From Octopus sinensis (taxonomy: Eukaryota), in contig NC_043000.1 in the NCBI RefSeq assembly GCF_006345805.1, forward strand, positions 113,398,001-113,462,000: a stretch of DNA of 64,000 bases, read 5' to 3'. A program made the position numbers and the translations under genes. Shown one piece after another: positions 13,001-25,838 of the stretch. The notes under the pieces were generated by a model. It was not told the DNA's origin and searched no databases. It was given only the letters and a program-made list of their open reading frames with translations. Each line of letters starts with the position of its first letter. Positions within the stretch are counted from its first letter, which is position 1.

Positions 13001-13398
13001 TGAATGATGCTAAGAAGAAAATATGGGCATATTTCAAAAAGAGTGCTTATAAAGATCTGAACAGCTGCAGCGCTAAAAATGTAATAAATAATATTGCCAT
13101 CGTTGTCACGAGGCATGATTGTCACATTTGGGAAGGGTTTACAGCCAGTTTATCTGACCTCAGTATTTGACGAGTAATAATATCCACGATTCGAAAATAT
13201 TAAACCTTTGCAATGTAAAAGAGGACATATATTGGTTCTAAATATTGATGATGCTGGTTAAAAATGTGACATGGTCTCTGGAAAAAAAATAGCCCCCTTT
13301 CTTTATCAATATCAACTTGAAGATAGAAATAGAAAGATGGAAATCTCATAATCAAGCAAACTCAAATCAGTCAAGCTACGGCATTGTAGAAACTGAAG

Positions 13399-13706
13399 TT
13401 ACGAGAGTGAGTCAAAAAGTAAAGCCATTTCGTTTAGGATAGGTATAATTACCAACACAGGAACATGTATCATACATCAACATGAAGCTGGTCCTCTGTG
13501 GATCACATCCCTACTTCTCAACATAGTCACTATTTCTCTCAATAGCAATGTTCCACCTTCAAATGAGAGCATGTATCCCTGCCCTGTAAAATTCTGTTGA
13601 CTGTTCTTTGAACCACTTCTTCACTACAGTTTTCACTTCCTCGTCACTGGAATAATGTTTGCCTCTTTCAGGGGGCCGAAAAGATGATAGTCTGAAGGCG
13701 CTAAAT
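13399..13706 (-). mobile_element. mariner transposase 3' end with TIR
   Basis: LAPSDYHLFGPLK / GKHYSSDEEVKTVVKKWFKEQSTEFYRAGIHALI*RWNIAIERNSDYVEK*; TIR TACGAGAGTGAGTCAAAAAGT. Confidence 0.9.
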
Positions 13707-14457
13707 TTATTCTAACGTTTCTGCCAGCTCGCCGCCTTCACCTTTTTTAATATAACAAAATAATGCCAGAAGGACTGCCGCAACAACAACTACGATAAAG
13801 TTATGACATCCTAAACATAAAGCAGTTTAAGAACAACAACAACAACAATACTAGTAAGAACATTAAAAAACATATACAAACGACTCAGTAAACATTGCAA
13901 AACAGCAACAACAAGCGTAACAATAAAAAAAAAAGAAAAACGACCACAAAAACAACAACAGCAATATGAAACAGAGCAAACTGTGGAAGAGCGATAAGGA
14001 ACATTATATAAAACAAGAAAATGAAATATGGCGGCCAAATAGATGAATGACGAATAAGGGATCTGGTTGTTGTTGCGCTTGTTGTGGAAGATGTTGTTGT
14101 TGTATTAGTGGTAGTAGTCATGGGGGAGGCGATGTTGGTGTTGGGTTAATGTAGATGAAAGGGGCAATGTTGGTCGTGGGGGCGATGTTGTTGGTGGATT
14201 CGCCGTTGGTGGTGGAGGGGATGTTGGTGGTGGTGGTGTGGTGGTGGTGGTGGCTGTGATCTTATTGATAATGATGATGGTGATGGTGAGAACGATGTTA
14301 ATGGCAGTGGTTGGAGGGAGTGATGGTGATGCTGGCGTTGTTGGGACTTGGATGGTGATGCTATTTGGGCAGTGATTGTATTTGTGATGGTGGTGGTGGT
14401 CATCGTCGTCGTGAGGTCGATTTGTAAAGACTTAATGCTACAGAGGGATATTAATGC

Positions 14458-14519
<62 letters not shown>

Positions 14520-15039
14520 TGGACAGACAGACAGACATATGTACTAGCGTGTTTGTGTGTATGGCGCACATAAATTGTACCATATTTTCTATGGAGGACA
14601 CGAAGTTGATGGGATTGAAGTGCTTCAAAACGGATGGTGGTGGCGGTGTTGGTGGTGTTGGTGGTGGTGGTGTAGTGACACCGGTTGGTGTAATGTCTGT
14701 AATATCGTCACTAACGGTTAAAATGTTGATTTGTTGCTGATGGTTGTGGAGATGGATGAAGGCGATAGAAATGGTGTTAATGGAAGAAATGTTTCTAATA
14801 CTCGTGGTTGTTGTGGGACAAAAAAGGACTGGTGGCAATGGCAGTGGCGGCAGTATATAAGTGGTAATGATCTTGATGGAGTTGGTGGCTTGTGAGGGGG
14901 AAGGTGTTTGCGCCACCATTTCTGTTGTGATATTTTCGATCTTTTATATATATTGTCACTACGAGTAACTTCGATGTCATTATGATTATATTTACAAATA
15001 TACACGCATACATAGATTTAAAGAAAAAAAGGGTAAAAG

Positions 15040-15250
15040 TTCTTCCAGATTCATTTAGACTTATAAGGACCGGTTTCCTGGTTTCCTAGGCATATATATT
15101 AACCCGCTGGGACTAGCTGTATGGACTGGGACAATGTGAAATAAAGGGATTTACTCAACACCAAAATACATCGTTCTTTCCAGAAAGCGAAACCACAATC
15201 TTACAATCACGAGTCCAATACCTCAACCACTTAGCCGCGCGTCTTCACAC
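15040..15250 (-). mobile_element. Old CORE-like tRNA SINE, related to 52240-52478
   Basis: Shared head GAAACCACAATCTTAC...AACCACT.AGCC.CGCG. Confidence 0.6.
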
Positions 15251-15652
15251 ATGTTTACATACGTACATACAAACAAATACACACGCGCACACATACACAT
15301 TTACTACATATTAGCCTTTCGGCTAATAGCAATTACTTATATACAACGCTGAGGATTAAAAAGAGGAGGAAAGGGCAGAGATATCCATTTACAGATACCC
15401 TTTGTCTGATGGTCTTAAATTCACTTTCTAGATAAATCAATCAATCGTTCTGTAATACATAAATTCAAAATCCATGGATAATACGGTCATTTTAACCGTA
15501 AAAAAATATCTAGTAAAGATTGTTTGCCAACATAACATGACAGTCCTAGGTTAGGACTAATGTTGCTGTAATTTAACTCCTGGAGACATCGTCTCCAGCT
15601 GGCTACGCGACACGATCTGGGGCCTTATATTTTCGAACAAGGGTATCAAATA

Positions 15653-15742
15653 CCCCCACTCAGCTCAAAACAACATCTGTGTATCGCGATTTCTGGATTA
15701 TTTCCCTTCATCAGTACAGAATAATTGTTCAGCTAGAGGGGG
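15653..15742 (-). ncRNA. Candidate type I hammerhead ribozyme, canonical CUGAUGA/GAAA core
   Basis: Minus strand UCUGUA-CUGAUGA-aGGG(aaauaa)UCCa-GAAA-UCGCGA-UA-CACAGA; stem I extends via AACAA/UUGUU, AGCU/AGCU and CCCCC/GGGGG. Confidence 0.65.
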
Positions 15743-15804
15743 CGATGCCGAATTCCCATTGGAAATATATAGTTTAAAATAAGGGATATGGCGGCTTTTG
15801 GTGG

Positions 15805-16140
15805 TGACCCCCTTCGGTCAGACACTGACCATGGGTTTGCACCTAGAGAGTTACCCTCTAAGGCACAAGTCTGGGCAAGGTTGTTTTATGGAAGACCAGC
15901 AGTCGCCCATGCATGCCGGCCTCTCCTCTCCACGTCACCGATGTTGTCCAAGGGAAAGGCAAGGGCCGATACAGCTTGGTACCTGTGACGTCGCAACTCA
16001 TTTCTACAGCTGAGTGAACTGGAGCAACGTGAAATAAAGTGTCTTGCTCAAGAACACAGCACGCAGCCCGGTCCGGGATTCGAGCTCACAACCTCACGAT
16101 CGTAAGCTTGACGCTCTAACCACTGAGCCACGCACCTTTT
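15805..16140 (-). mobile_element. SINE family C (tRNA head, CORE-like domain), full length
   Basis: Reverse complement: GGCTCAGTGGTTAGAGCG...CTCGAATCCC...TTCTTGAGCAAGACACTTTA...CTCCAGTTCACTCAGCTGTAGAAATG. Confidence 0.9.
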
Positions 16141-16298
16141 AGGCACCCATTATTAAGAGAATTTCGCCATGCAGATCGCGAGGATTCTGTAAGAGAAGAA
16201 TTCGTAGAGTGAAACTGCGCAAACTATCGTTCGCATGTGCGGACACTTAGAACTTCATTTCCATACATAGGTATTATTGAATAGGTATTGTCTGATCT

Positions 16299-16733
16299 AG
16301 GGCGGTTAGCTAGCAGAATCGTTAGCACGCCGGGCGAAAGGCTTAGCGGTATTTCGTCTGCCGCTACGTTCTGAGTTCAAATTCCGCCGAGGTTGACTTT
16401 GCCTTTCATCCTTTCGGGGTCGATTAAATAAGTACCAGTTACGCACTGAGGTTGATGTAATCGACTTAATCCCTTTGTCTGTCCTTGTTTGTCCCCTCTG
16501 TGTTTGTTTGTCCACTCTATGTTTAGCCCCTTGTGGGTAGTAAAGAAATGGGTATTTCGTCTGCCACTACGTTCTGAGTTCAAATTCCGCCGAGCTCGAC
16601 TTTGCCTTTCATCCTTTCGGGGTCGATTAAATAAGTACCAGTTACGCACTGGGGTCGATATAATCGACTTAATCCCTCTGTCTGTTCTTGTTTGTCCCCT
16701 CTGTGTTTAGCCCCTTGTGGGCAGTAAAGAAAA
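16299..16733 (+). mobile_element. SINE family B dimer with about 17-bp TSD
   Basis: Second unit restarts at GGTATTTCGTC (about 16551); flanks AGGTATTGTCTGATCTA / AGGTGTTGTCTGATCTA. Confidence 0.9.
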
Positions 16734-17551
16734 AGGTGTTGTCTGATCTAATCTAATTTTAAAATGGTAAAATCGATAAAAATTTAACAACTAAAACATA
16801 GGGAAACCAACAAAGAAACAATTAACAGTGTAAAGATTATAATTTATTTTACATCAGTTTTGAAATAGTACCCTCAATTGCGATCCTGTTAAAACACCAC
16901 TGGGCATTCTGTCCCAAGGAATATTGCATATGATATAATTTTATCCATAGACTTTCCAAATGATTATTTCCTTATTGTTTTCCTATACTTGCCAATAACA
17001 GTCAGATATTTAGGCACGAAGTTTCACGAACGAAAAACTCGATTATGAGATAAGAGGTGTGAGGGAGTGTATATGTGCATGTATGTTTATCCATTTATAT
17101 TAATTCGCATATGTAACAGAAAGTGGGAGTTACATTCGGATACTTCGCACAGTTGAAACTTCCACGCTGCTAGATGAACAGCAATAAATAGCAAACTATG
17201 TGTGGAATCAGATAAAAGTTTTAAATGTAATACATACAAACAAACATAAATACATACATACATACGTACATACAAAGATATATATATATATATATTTACG
17301 GATTTGTATTGATTATTTTCTTTCTAAGTTGGCAAAATCGAATGTTCATTACACCAAATAGGTAAACGGACAGACAATTGCATTTGATCTATATATATAT
17401 ATGTGTGTGTGTGTGTGTTTGTATGTAGTCATCGATATAAATATCGAGAGCCAGAGATATATAACTAATATACAAAAAAAATGTACATATGTAAATATAT
17501 TATATATATATATATATATATTTCTCTGTCTTTCACTCACCCTCTCTCAAG

Positions 17552-17596
<45 letters not shown>

Positions 17597-17633
17597 ATAT
17601 GCATGTATGTATATGTATGTATATGTACGTATA

Positions 17634-17683
<50 letters not shown>

Positions 17684-17709
17684 CATACATATACTTATGC
17701 ATGCATGTA

Positions 17710-17743
<34 letters not shown>

Positions 17744-17825
17744 CATACACATATATAGATATATCTATGTGCGTATACATTGCACACACACACACGAGCG
17801 CATGTATATATACATATATATGTAC

Positions 17826-17856
<31 letters not shown>

Positions 17857-18009
17857 CACACACATATTTATATTTACATACATATATGCATACATTCGTA
17901 CATGCATATGACTGATGAGCGTATACATTAGTAAATGTGTACGAAGTTGAAAGGCTAATCGAACGCCACACACACAAACGCCACACACACACACACACAT
18001 ACACACACG

Positions 18010-18050
<41 letters not shown>

Positions 18051-18231
18051 GCACACACACGCACACATATGTATGTATGTATGAATGTATATATATACAT
18101 ATATACACACACGCACATATATATGCAATCATGTATGCACACATATATACCCCTGGATTATACAGATATTGATGTATGCACAGTTGCATAAATATGCATG
18201 CGTTGTCGTTAAAAGATTTAGAAACGCTCAA

Positions 18232-18262
<31 letters not shown>

Positions 18263-18962
18263 GCATACGCTTACACAAGAGCGCCCGTAACGTAAGGATG
18301 TGCGTATGTTCACGCATGTGGTGCATGTGTGCGTTTTAGAATATGTCTCCTGGCAGAATTCAGAAGAACAATATATATTCAATTCATTCGATTCTCCAAC
18401 TGATTGAGTTGGTGATTTAATTTTGATGCCTGTTGGGCATTTTCCCTGGAGGTGGGCACTAAATATAAATAAGAAGGAATTGAAGGTCTATCAATGTGAG
18501 AGGTGTGGTAGGTCGAACGAAAACGAGGCAAAAATGGACGCCATTTATATACATATTCATACATGCATATATATATATGTGTGTGTATGTAACTTTAATT
18601 TTCCCGTCGTTGTTGTAGTTGTTGTTTCCAGTCGCTACAGCTATGGGTGGTGTTATTATTGTTGCTGTTGTTGTTGTTGTTGTTAATGCTGTTAATATAT
18701 GCCGTGCTCTGTGTGTACGTGGTGTTTTAAGGTCGCAAATGTTGCATCATTAATTCAAGTAATAAATCGTCCGTGTAGAATTCCAATAAAATATTCAGTA
18801 GTCCAATACACTTTAGTGAATTCCGGGGCATTTCATGTAGAATCGACTACTGGCAACACGGCTGAAACTATTCTATAAATAGACATATATATACATTATA
18901 TACATACACACACGTTTGTATGTATATGTTTGTACATGTATAATCACACACACATACACATT

Positions 18963-18999
<37 letters not shown>

Positions 19000-19168
19000 G
19001 TTTATACATGTATAGGCATGTTTCCATTAAAGGTATACACGTATATGAAAAATATAAGTATATACACATACATGTGCATTTGTAAATATATATGTGTGTG
19101 TGCGTATATGGGTTTGTATGTGTGTGTTGTGTTTGTTGTGTGTGTATATTTATACATATTGATAGGCG

Positions 19169-19260
<92 letters not shown>

Positions 19261-19510
19261 TGTATGTATAACATGTGGAAGAGCACGCACGTTCATATTC
19301 AACTCAAGCAACCTATTGAATAATATCTGTTCTCTACACCGCAGTTCACCATATTACCACTATATTATTTATCTAGCAGCAGTGAACATTGCGCGTTCAT
19401 ATTGTTCTTCAACTGGATTTTCCCTTATGAACATGAAGTTTCACTGCAATACTAAAGTTCTCGAGCTACACATTGCTACTTTCGCATATATATATATATA
19501 TATATAATAT

Positions 19511-19601
<91 letters not shown>

Positions 19602-19672
19602 ATATATATAATTTGAGGGAATATTATTCCAAACTTACAGGGAAAAAATAAATTTAGAAATACTAACTCAAA

Positions 19673-20093
19673 TATATAAATTAGAAAAAAAAACACCTTT
19701 TATCAATTCAAAATGAAAAATGAAATTACACCATCTAGAAAATTACATATAATAGAAATATTAAATATAAGATAAAAAATATATCGATGATTAAGCAATG
19801 TGCAAAACAATAAATAAAATGTATATATTTGGTAGAATAACGACACGTGTTTCGTGGCTATATTTATATATTACTAGTAATATTTTTACTATAATCATTT
19901 CTTGAATATAGCCACGAAACATGTGGCGTTATTCTACCGAATATATACGTTTTATTTATTGTTTTGCACATTGCTTAATCATCGGTATATTTTTTATCGT
20001 ATATTTCATGTTTCTATTATATGTAATTTACTAGATGGTGTAATTTCATTTTTCATTTTGAATTGACAAAAGGTGTTTTTTTCTAATTTATAT
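19673..20093. repeat. Long inverted repeat (about 190-bp arms, about 40-bp spacer), probably PLE pseudo-LTR tails
   Basis: 19673-19864 is the near reverse complement of 19905-20093; the left arm reads GAAA-CACGTG-TC on the minus strand. Confidence 0.9.
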
Positions 20094-20100
20094 ATTATAT

Positions 20101-20146
<46 letters not shown>

Positions 20147-20208
20147 ATATTATATATATATATATATATTATATATATATATTATATATATATATGTATA
20201 TATGTATG

Positions 20209-20249
<41 letters not shown>

Positions 20250-20254
<5 letters not shown>

Positions 20255-20580
20255 GTGGTTGTCTACTCCTTATGCAGATTTTGACCACCTCCTGTACATT
20301 CAACTTAGAACCATCATGGTATCTGATGTGGCCTTTTTAAACCAGACAATATTTTGAAAAGACACCCACATAGACTGCATCTCCGATTTGGACCACCAAC
20401 AACTGTAGATAAGTTCTGATATTTGTGGATAGTTGAATATCCTTTGCGGCCTCCGTTAGATTTGCAAACATTCTTGCACACATTGCAATGAAAGATGTGC
20501 ACAGACATATAGGCAGAATAGTTATAGGAGGTTCGTTTTCTATAGGTTCGCAAATGAGATTTGAGCCCAGCAAAAGAAGG
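20250..20580 (-). mobile_element. RTE-like LINE 3' end with two C2H2 fingers
   Basis: FHCNVCKNVCKSNGGRKGYSTIH and CSLCGCLFKILSGLK[frameshift]GHIRYH; short 3' UTR ending in a (TACATA)n tail. Confidence 0.65.
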
Positions 20581-20605
20581 GCGAGTGTATGTACATGTGT
20601 GTGTG

Positions 20606-21442
20606 TCTCGGATGTGATGGGTAAATTGTTACCATATTATATTTTTAATATCACGCGTTTGCGTTGCCTGTTTTTGATTTTGTCGGCACACTATTATAGG
20701 GTCAGTTGGGCACCGTCTGTGAGAAAAACTGCACCATGACGCATTTGAATGTGCCATAGATTTAGAAACGACAAGCCGTAGGCTCCAACAAGAACAATTC
20801 AGAGTGTTTGGATGTCAATCTGAGGACAGGTACTGAGAGTGATAAAAATCAAATATCCACTTCTACATCATGGTGTTTGGAGCGATCACTAGTGACGGCG
20901 AATGTATGCCTCCATTCATCTTCCCACACGGCCTCCCGCTCAACACAGACGCCTACATCAAGTGCCTGGAGTAGATAGTACTGCCCTGGTTGGAGAGAGT
21001 GGCTACTAGAAGACCTTATGTCTGGCAACAGGTCTCTGCACCATTCCACACAAGCAGGAGAACCCAGTCATGGCTGTCAGACAATTTCTGCGACCACATC
21101 AGGCCTAATATATGTCCACCTGACTCCGCAACAGCAACCTCCTTGATTATTATGAGTGAGGCACAGTTTGAGCGAAAGACCAACAAAACTCTTTGGAACA
21201 CCAAAGATGAAGTGAAGGCAAGGATTATGGCAACATTCACAAGGGGACCGTCCAGAAGAGTTGCAGGAGGTTTCGAAGTCGTCCAGAAGCAGTGGTTGAA
21301 GCAAATTGCGATTATATTGAATAAATTCACTCTGTAGTATTTCAAGGTATTTCTATGTAATTTTGGTAATTATATTGGTTAAAATGAGATCTGTTACTTT
21401 CATTTTTGCGTAATTTAGACAACACTTTATTCACTGCACCCT

Positions 21443-21445
<3 letters not shown>
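20606..21445 (+). mobile_element. Internally deleted DD37D (maT) transposon
   Basis: IMVFGAITSDG..MPPFIFP.GL.LNTDAYIKCLE..VLPW..YVWQQVSAPFHTSRRTQSWL..PPDS; TIR-like ends. Confidence 0.85.
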
Positions 21446-21473
<28 letters not shown>

Positions 21474-21493
21474 ACACACACACACACACACAC

Positions 21494-21527
<34 letters not shown>

Positions 21528-22147
21528 TGCGATGAAATCCATTTTCATCATGTGAATAAATGTACGAACAAAATACTCTGCAAATCCAAGTAGCGCCATC
21601 TCACGACTCTCTGGCGAACTTAGTTCAGAATAAAATTAGGAACTTCATTATCTTACAGCTGTTTCCGTGGATTTACAGTTGCGTGCAGAAGTAACACTGT
21701 ATAGGTTCACCGGAGCCTCAAATATGAAATGCCTTCATATTGTTTGTTCCTTTGTTATTACCTCTTCTTATAACTGCACTGTACACGACTAACTTTTCGT
21801 TCTGAAGCATTTCTATAAGTGCTACACCACCAGGCAATTAGTATGGATTTGCCTACGCAAAATGTATACTATATGTGTGTGTCTGTGTATACACATACAC
21901 ATACACATATAGTAAATCCCCCCCCCAAAAAAAGTATAAACACGGCGCGTGTTTATACTTAATGGTGATATCCTAAGGCAGATTTTAGAAATGTGCGTCT
22001 TCTAGCATGCTGGTGACTTGTTTACGTACTTACTTATCCTTAATATACATTTATGAATTGATTAATTTAACCTTAACCGGTTCATTGCATGCTAACTACC
22101 TGATAGAATCTCATATTGATTTTATCCTTAATTTTGAAATATATTAC

Positions 22148-22189
<42 letters not shown>

Positions 22190-22408
22190 GATATAATATA
22201 AATTAAAAGGAGATGGATTCAGTATTATACTTTTATTGCGCACAGTGTATATTTCGACCCATCAGTCTGGGTCTCATCGGTTAGCCTAATCAAAACGGTG
22301 CTCTAATCAAAATTTAAGCACACTAATCGACTTATACTTATTTGTGCAAACGATACATATATATAGATATACATAAATACGTATATATATATATAGATAG
22401 ATAGATAA

Positions 22409-22448
<40 letters not shown>

Positions 22449-22456
22449 ATAGATAA

Positions 22457-22526
<70 letters not shown>

Positions 22527-22564
22527 GGATAGATAGATAGATAGATAGATAGATAGACAGGTGG

Positions 22565-22745
22565 TGTAGATAACAAACAGATGTATTAGTATAACGCTCG
22601 GGAAATGAAGTCTTTAACGTTTCTTCAACAGAAGGGAACTCAGAAAGAAGCAAGGAGAAAACAAAAAGAATGTGTAGTGGCTAGCGATCTATCATAGCGA
22701 ATGCTTGACAGAAGGGCCACACAGGAGAGCTGGGGAGAGGGGAGA
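22565..22745 (-). mobile_element. PLE-like terminal repeat family H1 (HHR stem II deleted)
   Basis: Homologous to 33710-33842 and 62765-62932. Confidence 0.65.
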
Positions 22746-22810
<65 letters not shown>

Positions 22811-23712
22811 CATACTTGTATACATATAGTTAGATATATATATAAAGAGAGAGACAGAGAGAGAGAAGGACATGGATAGAGAGAGAGATACGTACACACA
22901 TTCATACATATACATACATACATACATACATACATACATAGACAGACTAAACAAGTCATATAAAGAACATGTACAGTTCTGTCGAAGTATTACGTTCATG
23001 TTACAATACGGCTGTGAAAAATACTGAAGATCTTATAAATAATTCAATAGAAAGCGAACAACCGACGGAGAACCATTTCTATTTAGCGTTTCGTTCATCT
23101 CTAATTGTGTATACACACTTTTCCTGTAGCCTCTATGGGCTTCGTTTCGACACAGTAAATAATGGCAGTTTGAAATTATTCTGTTTACGCTTCTATCATT
23201 AACCAACCAATATGTGTTGCCATATTTGTTTGTTGTATATGTTTATCTGTTTGTTGTGATATAATTATGTCCTGTTGTTGTTGAGCGAATCAATTGGCAT
23301 TCTTGCCAAATTTTCCGTTCGACGTTCATTGTCTTTTCAATCTGTCGTGGCGTACATGATAATTTTGGTGTCAGTGCAATTTTTGGAGATATATTTATGC
23401 ATGTACGTAATGAGTGCTTGAATGTACATACGTGGAATACGTATACATATTATATATATATTATATATATATATAATATATATATTTATAATATATATAT
23501 ATATATATACGTATATATATACAGAGCGATACACACAAAGAGACAGCTAGATAGACAAATGGATGGATACATGCATAATATATTCATACATATATACATA
23601 CATATACATATAATTAAATGTGTATATATACATATATGTGTGTGTATGTGAGTGTGTGTGTATGTATGTATGTATATGTATATATATTTATGAAGGTACT
23701 TGTATATGTATA

Positions 23713-24062
23713 TATTGGGTCATCCCATGAATAATGCGGTTTTTTTCAATTGCATGTACTAAAAGTCGGAGGGGGAGAGAAAAACTACCTGCATCAACTT
23801 CCTATAAAAGGTGGTAGTGATTTTACCCTGCCCTTATTCTTAATGAAAAGTTTGAAGAGTGCATTTCGATTTTAACAGTTATTTTTGCAAAGCAATAATG
23901 GAAGTGACAAAGGAGCTTATTCATCATATTTTGCTTTATGAGTTCAATAAAAGCATCAATGCAGCGGAAAATGCTAGGAATATTAATGCAGTATATGGAG
24001 ATCGGACAATAAGCGTATGCCAGTGTCAACAGCGGTTCCAAAAATTGCAAGCTGGAAACTAC
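23713..24062 (+). mobile_element. mariner 5' end (TIR and N-terminal HTH)
   Basis: TATTGGGTCATCCCATGAATAATGCGG; MEVTKELIHHILLYEFNKSINAAENARNINAVYGDRTISVCQCQQRFQKL. Confidence 0.9.
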
Positions 24063-24435
24063 GAATGTGTTGGAACCATAAACTCTGAAAAATACATCGA
24101 AATCCTTAAGCACACGATAACATAACGAAAAATTAGTTTTATTCATGAAAGATGGGGACCCATGTCACACAGCGAAAAGGAATCAACAATGGCTGACTAA
24201 AAATGGGATCAAAAAGCTTCCTTGGCCGAGCCAATCTCCAATTGAAAATCTTTGGAGCATACTAGATAGAGCTATACAAAAACTCGACAGAAACCTAAAT
24301 CTAAAGAAGAATTGTTTCGATTGTTGCGTGAAATGTGGGCAGAAATTCCATATGAGGCAATCACAAAACTCATCAGTTCAATGCCAGAGTTTCTGAATTA
24401 AAAACTACAAAGGGAATATCAACTAAATACTAAAG
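24063..24435 (+). mobile_element. Tc1 (DD34E-type) transposase C-terminal fragment
   Basis: GTINSEKYIEIL..FMKDGDPCHTAK..WL..LPWPSQSP-IENLWSIL..WAEIP..LISSMP. Confidence 0.85.
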
Positions 24436-24498
24436 TATGTAGTTCTACCTATCGATTACATTTCCATTACTCGTTTTGCGAATTAAATAAAAGATTAT

Positions 24499-24536
24499 CT
24501 GTCCGATGAACGGCAACGGGAAACTCAGAGTAACAG
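24499..24536 (+). ncRNA. Candidate minimal type I hammerhead (CCGAUGA core) at the head of repeat family H2 (24499-24640)
   Basis: CUGU-CCGAUGA-ACG(GCAA)CGG-GAAA-CUC(A)GAG-UA-ACAG; a decayed copy lies on the minus strand at 57900-58035. Confidence 0.6.
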
Positions 24537-24641
24537 GTTTTGTTGAATTTTCTGCTGCTTTAAATAAAGCATATTACTCTACCACTAGTATTTGAGTACT
24601 CTTTTTTCCACCTTGTTTCACATTTATATGTTTACTCCGGT

Positions 24642-24727
<86 letters not shown>

Positions 24728-24829
24728 TGTATGTATGTATGTATGTATGTATGTATATTGTATGTATGTATGTGTGTGTATGTATGTGTATATGTATGTA
24801 TATATATATATGTATGTATGCAAGTGTGT

Positions 24830-25046
24830 GTCTTTGTGTCTGTGTTTGTCACCTCCATCACCGCTTGACAACTGGTGTTGGTGTGCTTACGTGCCCGTAA
24901 CTCAGCAAAAGAGACCTGCAGAATATGTACTAGACTTAAGAAATAAGTCCTTGGTTCGATTTGTTCGAATAAAATCCTCCAAGGCAGTGCTCCATCATGC
25001 TGCAGTCAAATGACTGAAATAAGTAAAAGGATAAAAGAATAAAAGA
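24830..25046 (+). mobile_element. SINE family A, 3' half
   Basis: Family A 3' consensus with GTAAAAG tail. Confidence 0.8.
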
Positions 25047-25494
25047 TCTCATTGCACCGCACTTCCCTGGCTGCCATTAATTGTCACACTATTCACTGCG
25101 AGTATATAAATGTATTGATATGTAATAAAGCTAAGTTGCTATTTGGCGGATCACTTTCCGCATATAAAATTGAATTTGATCAGGAGTAAATTGCCCGAAA
25201 TATTAAAATATTCGCCTTCTCGACATTTAGCCGAAATACTAGAACCATATTTCTCAAACTTTATTTCTCCTATGTTACTGTTGCTATTGTTCATGTTTAT
25301 TCTTTTAAAACTTTATATATACCAAATACACACATATGAAAACTAATAAATGTTTCATGACATCGTATTAATGTATTTTCCGTTTTTCTCCTTTCCTTTT
25401 TCTTGCTGTCTCCTCACCCACTCTCTTTTTAGTGATATGCAACACTGAGGTTCGTATGCACACAAACACACACACACACACACAAACACACATA

Positions 25495-25534
<40 letters not shown>

Positions 25535-25789
25535 AAAAAGTTATATTCATGAATATATGTATGTATGTATATTTACGTATATATATATATATATGTTTGT
25601 GTGTCTGTATGTGCGTGTGTGTCCGCACGAGTATGTGGGTGGGTGTGAAGTTGTATCCGCTAAGTGTTTTTATATTAATTTATTAATGACTACTATCTTC
25701 AGTGTGTTTGATACATAATTAGTAATCATTGCCTTCTTCCAGCTTACATTGCTTATATATATATATATAGATGTATTTACACACACACA

Positions 25790-25838
<49 letters not shown>

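Noticed and set aside
16060-16140. tRNA-like sequences here and at other SINE heads
   Set aside because: No intact cloverleaf or acceptor stem; they are SINE 5' domains
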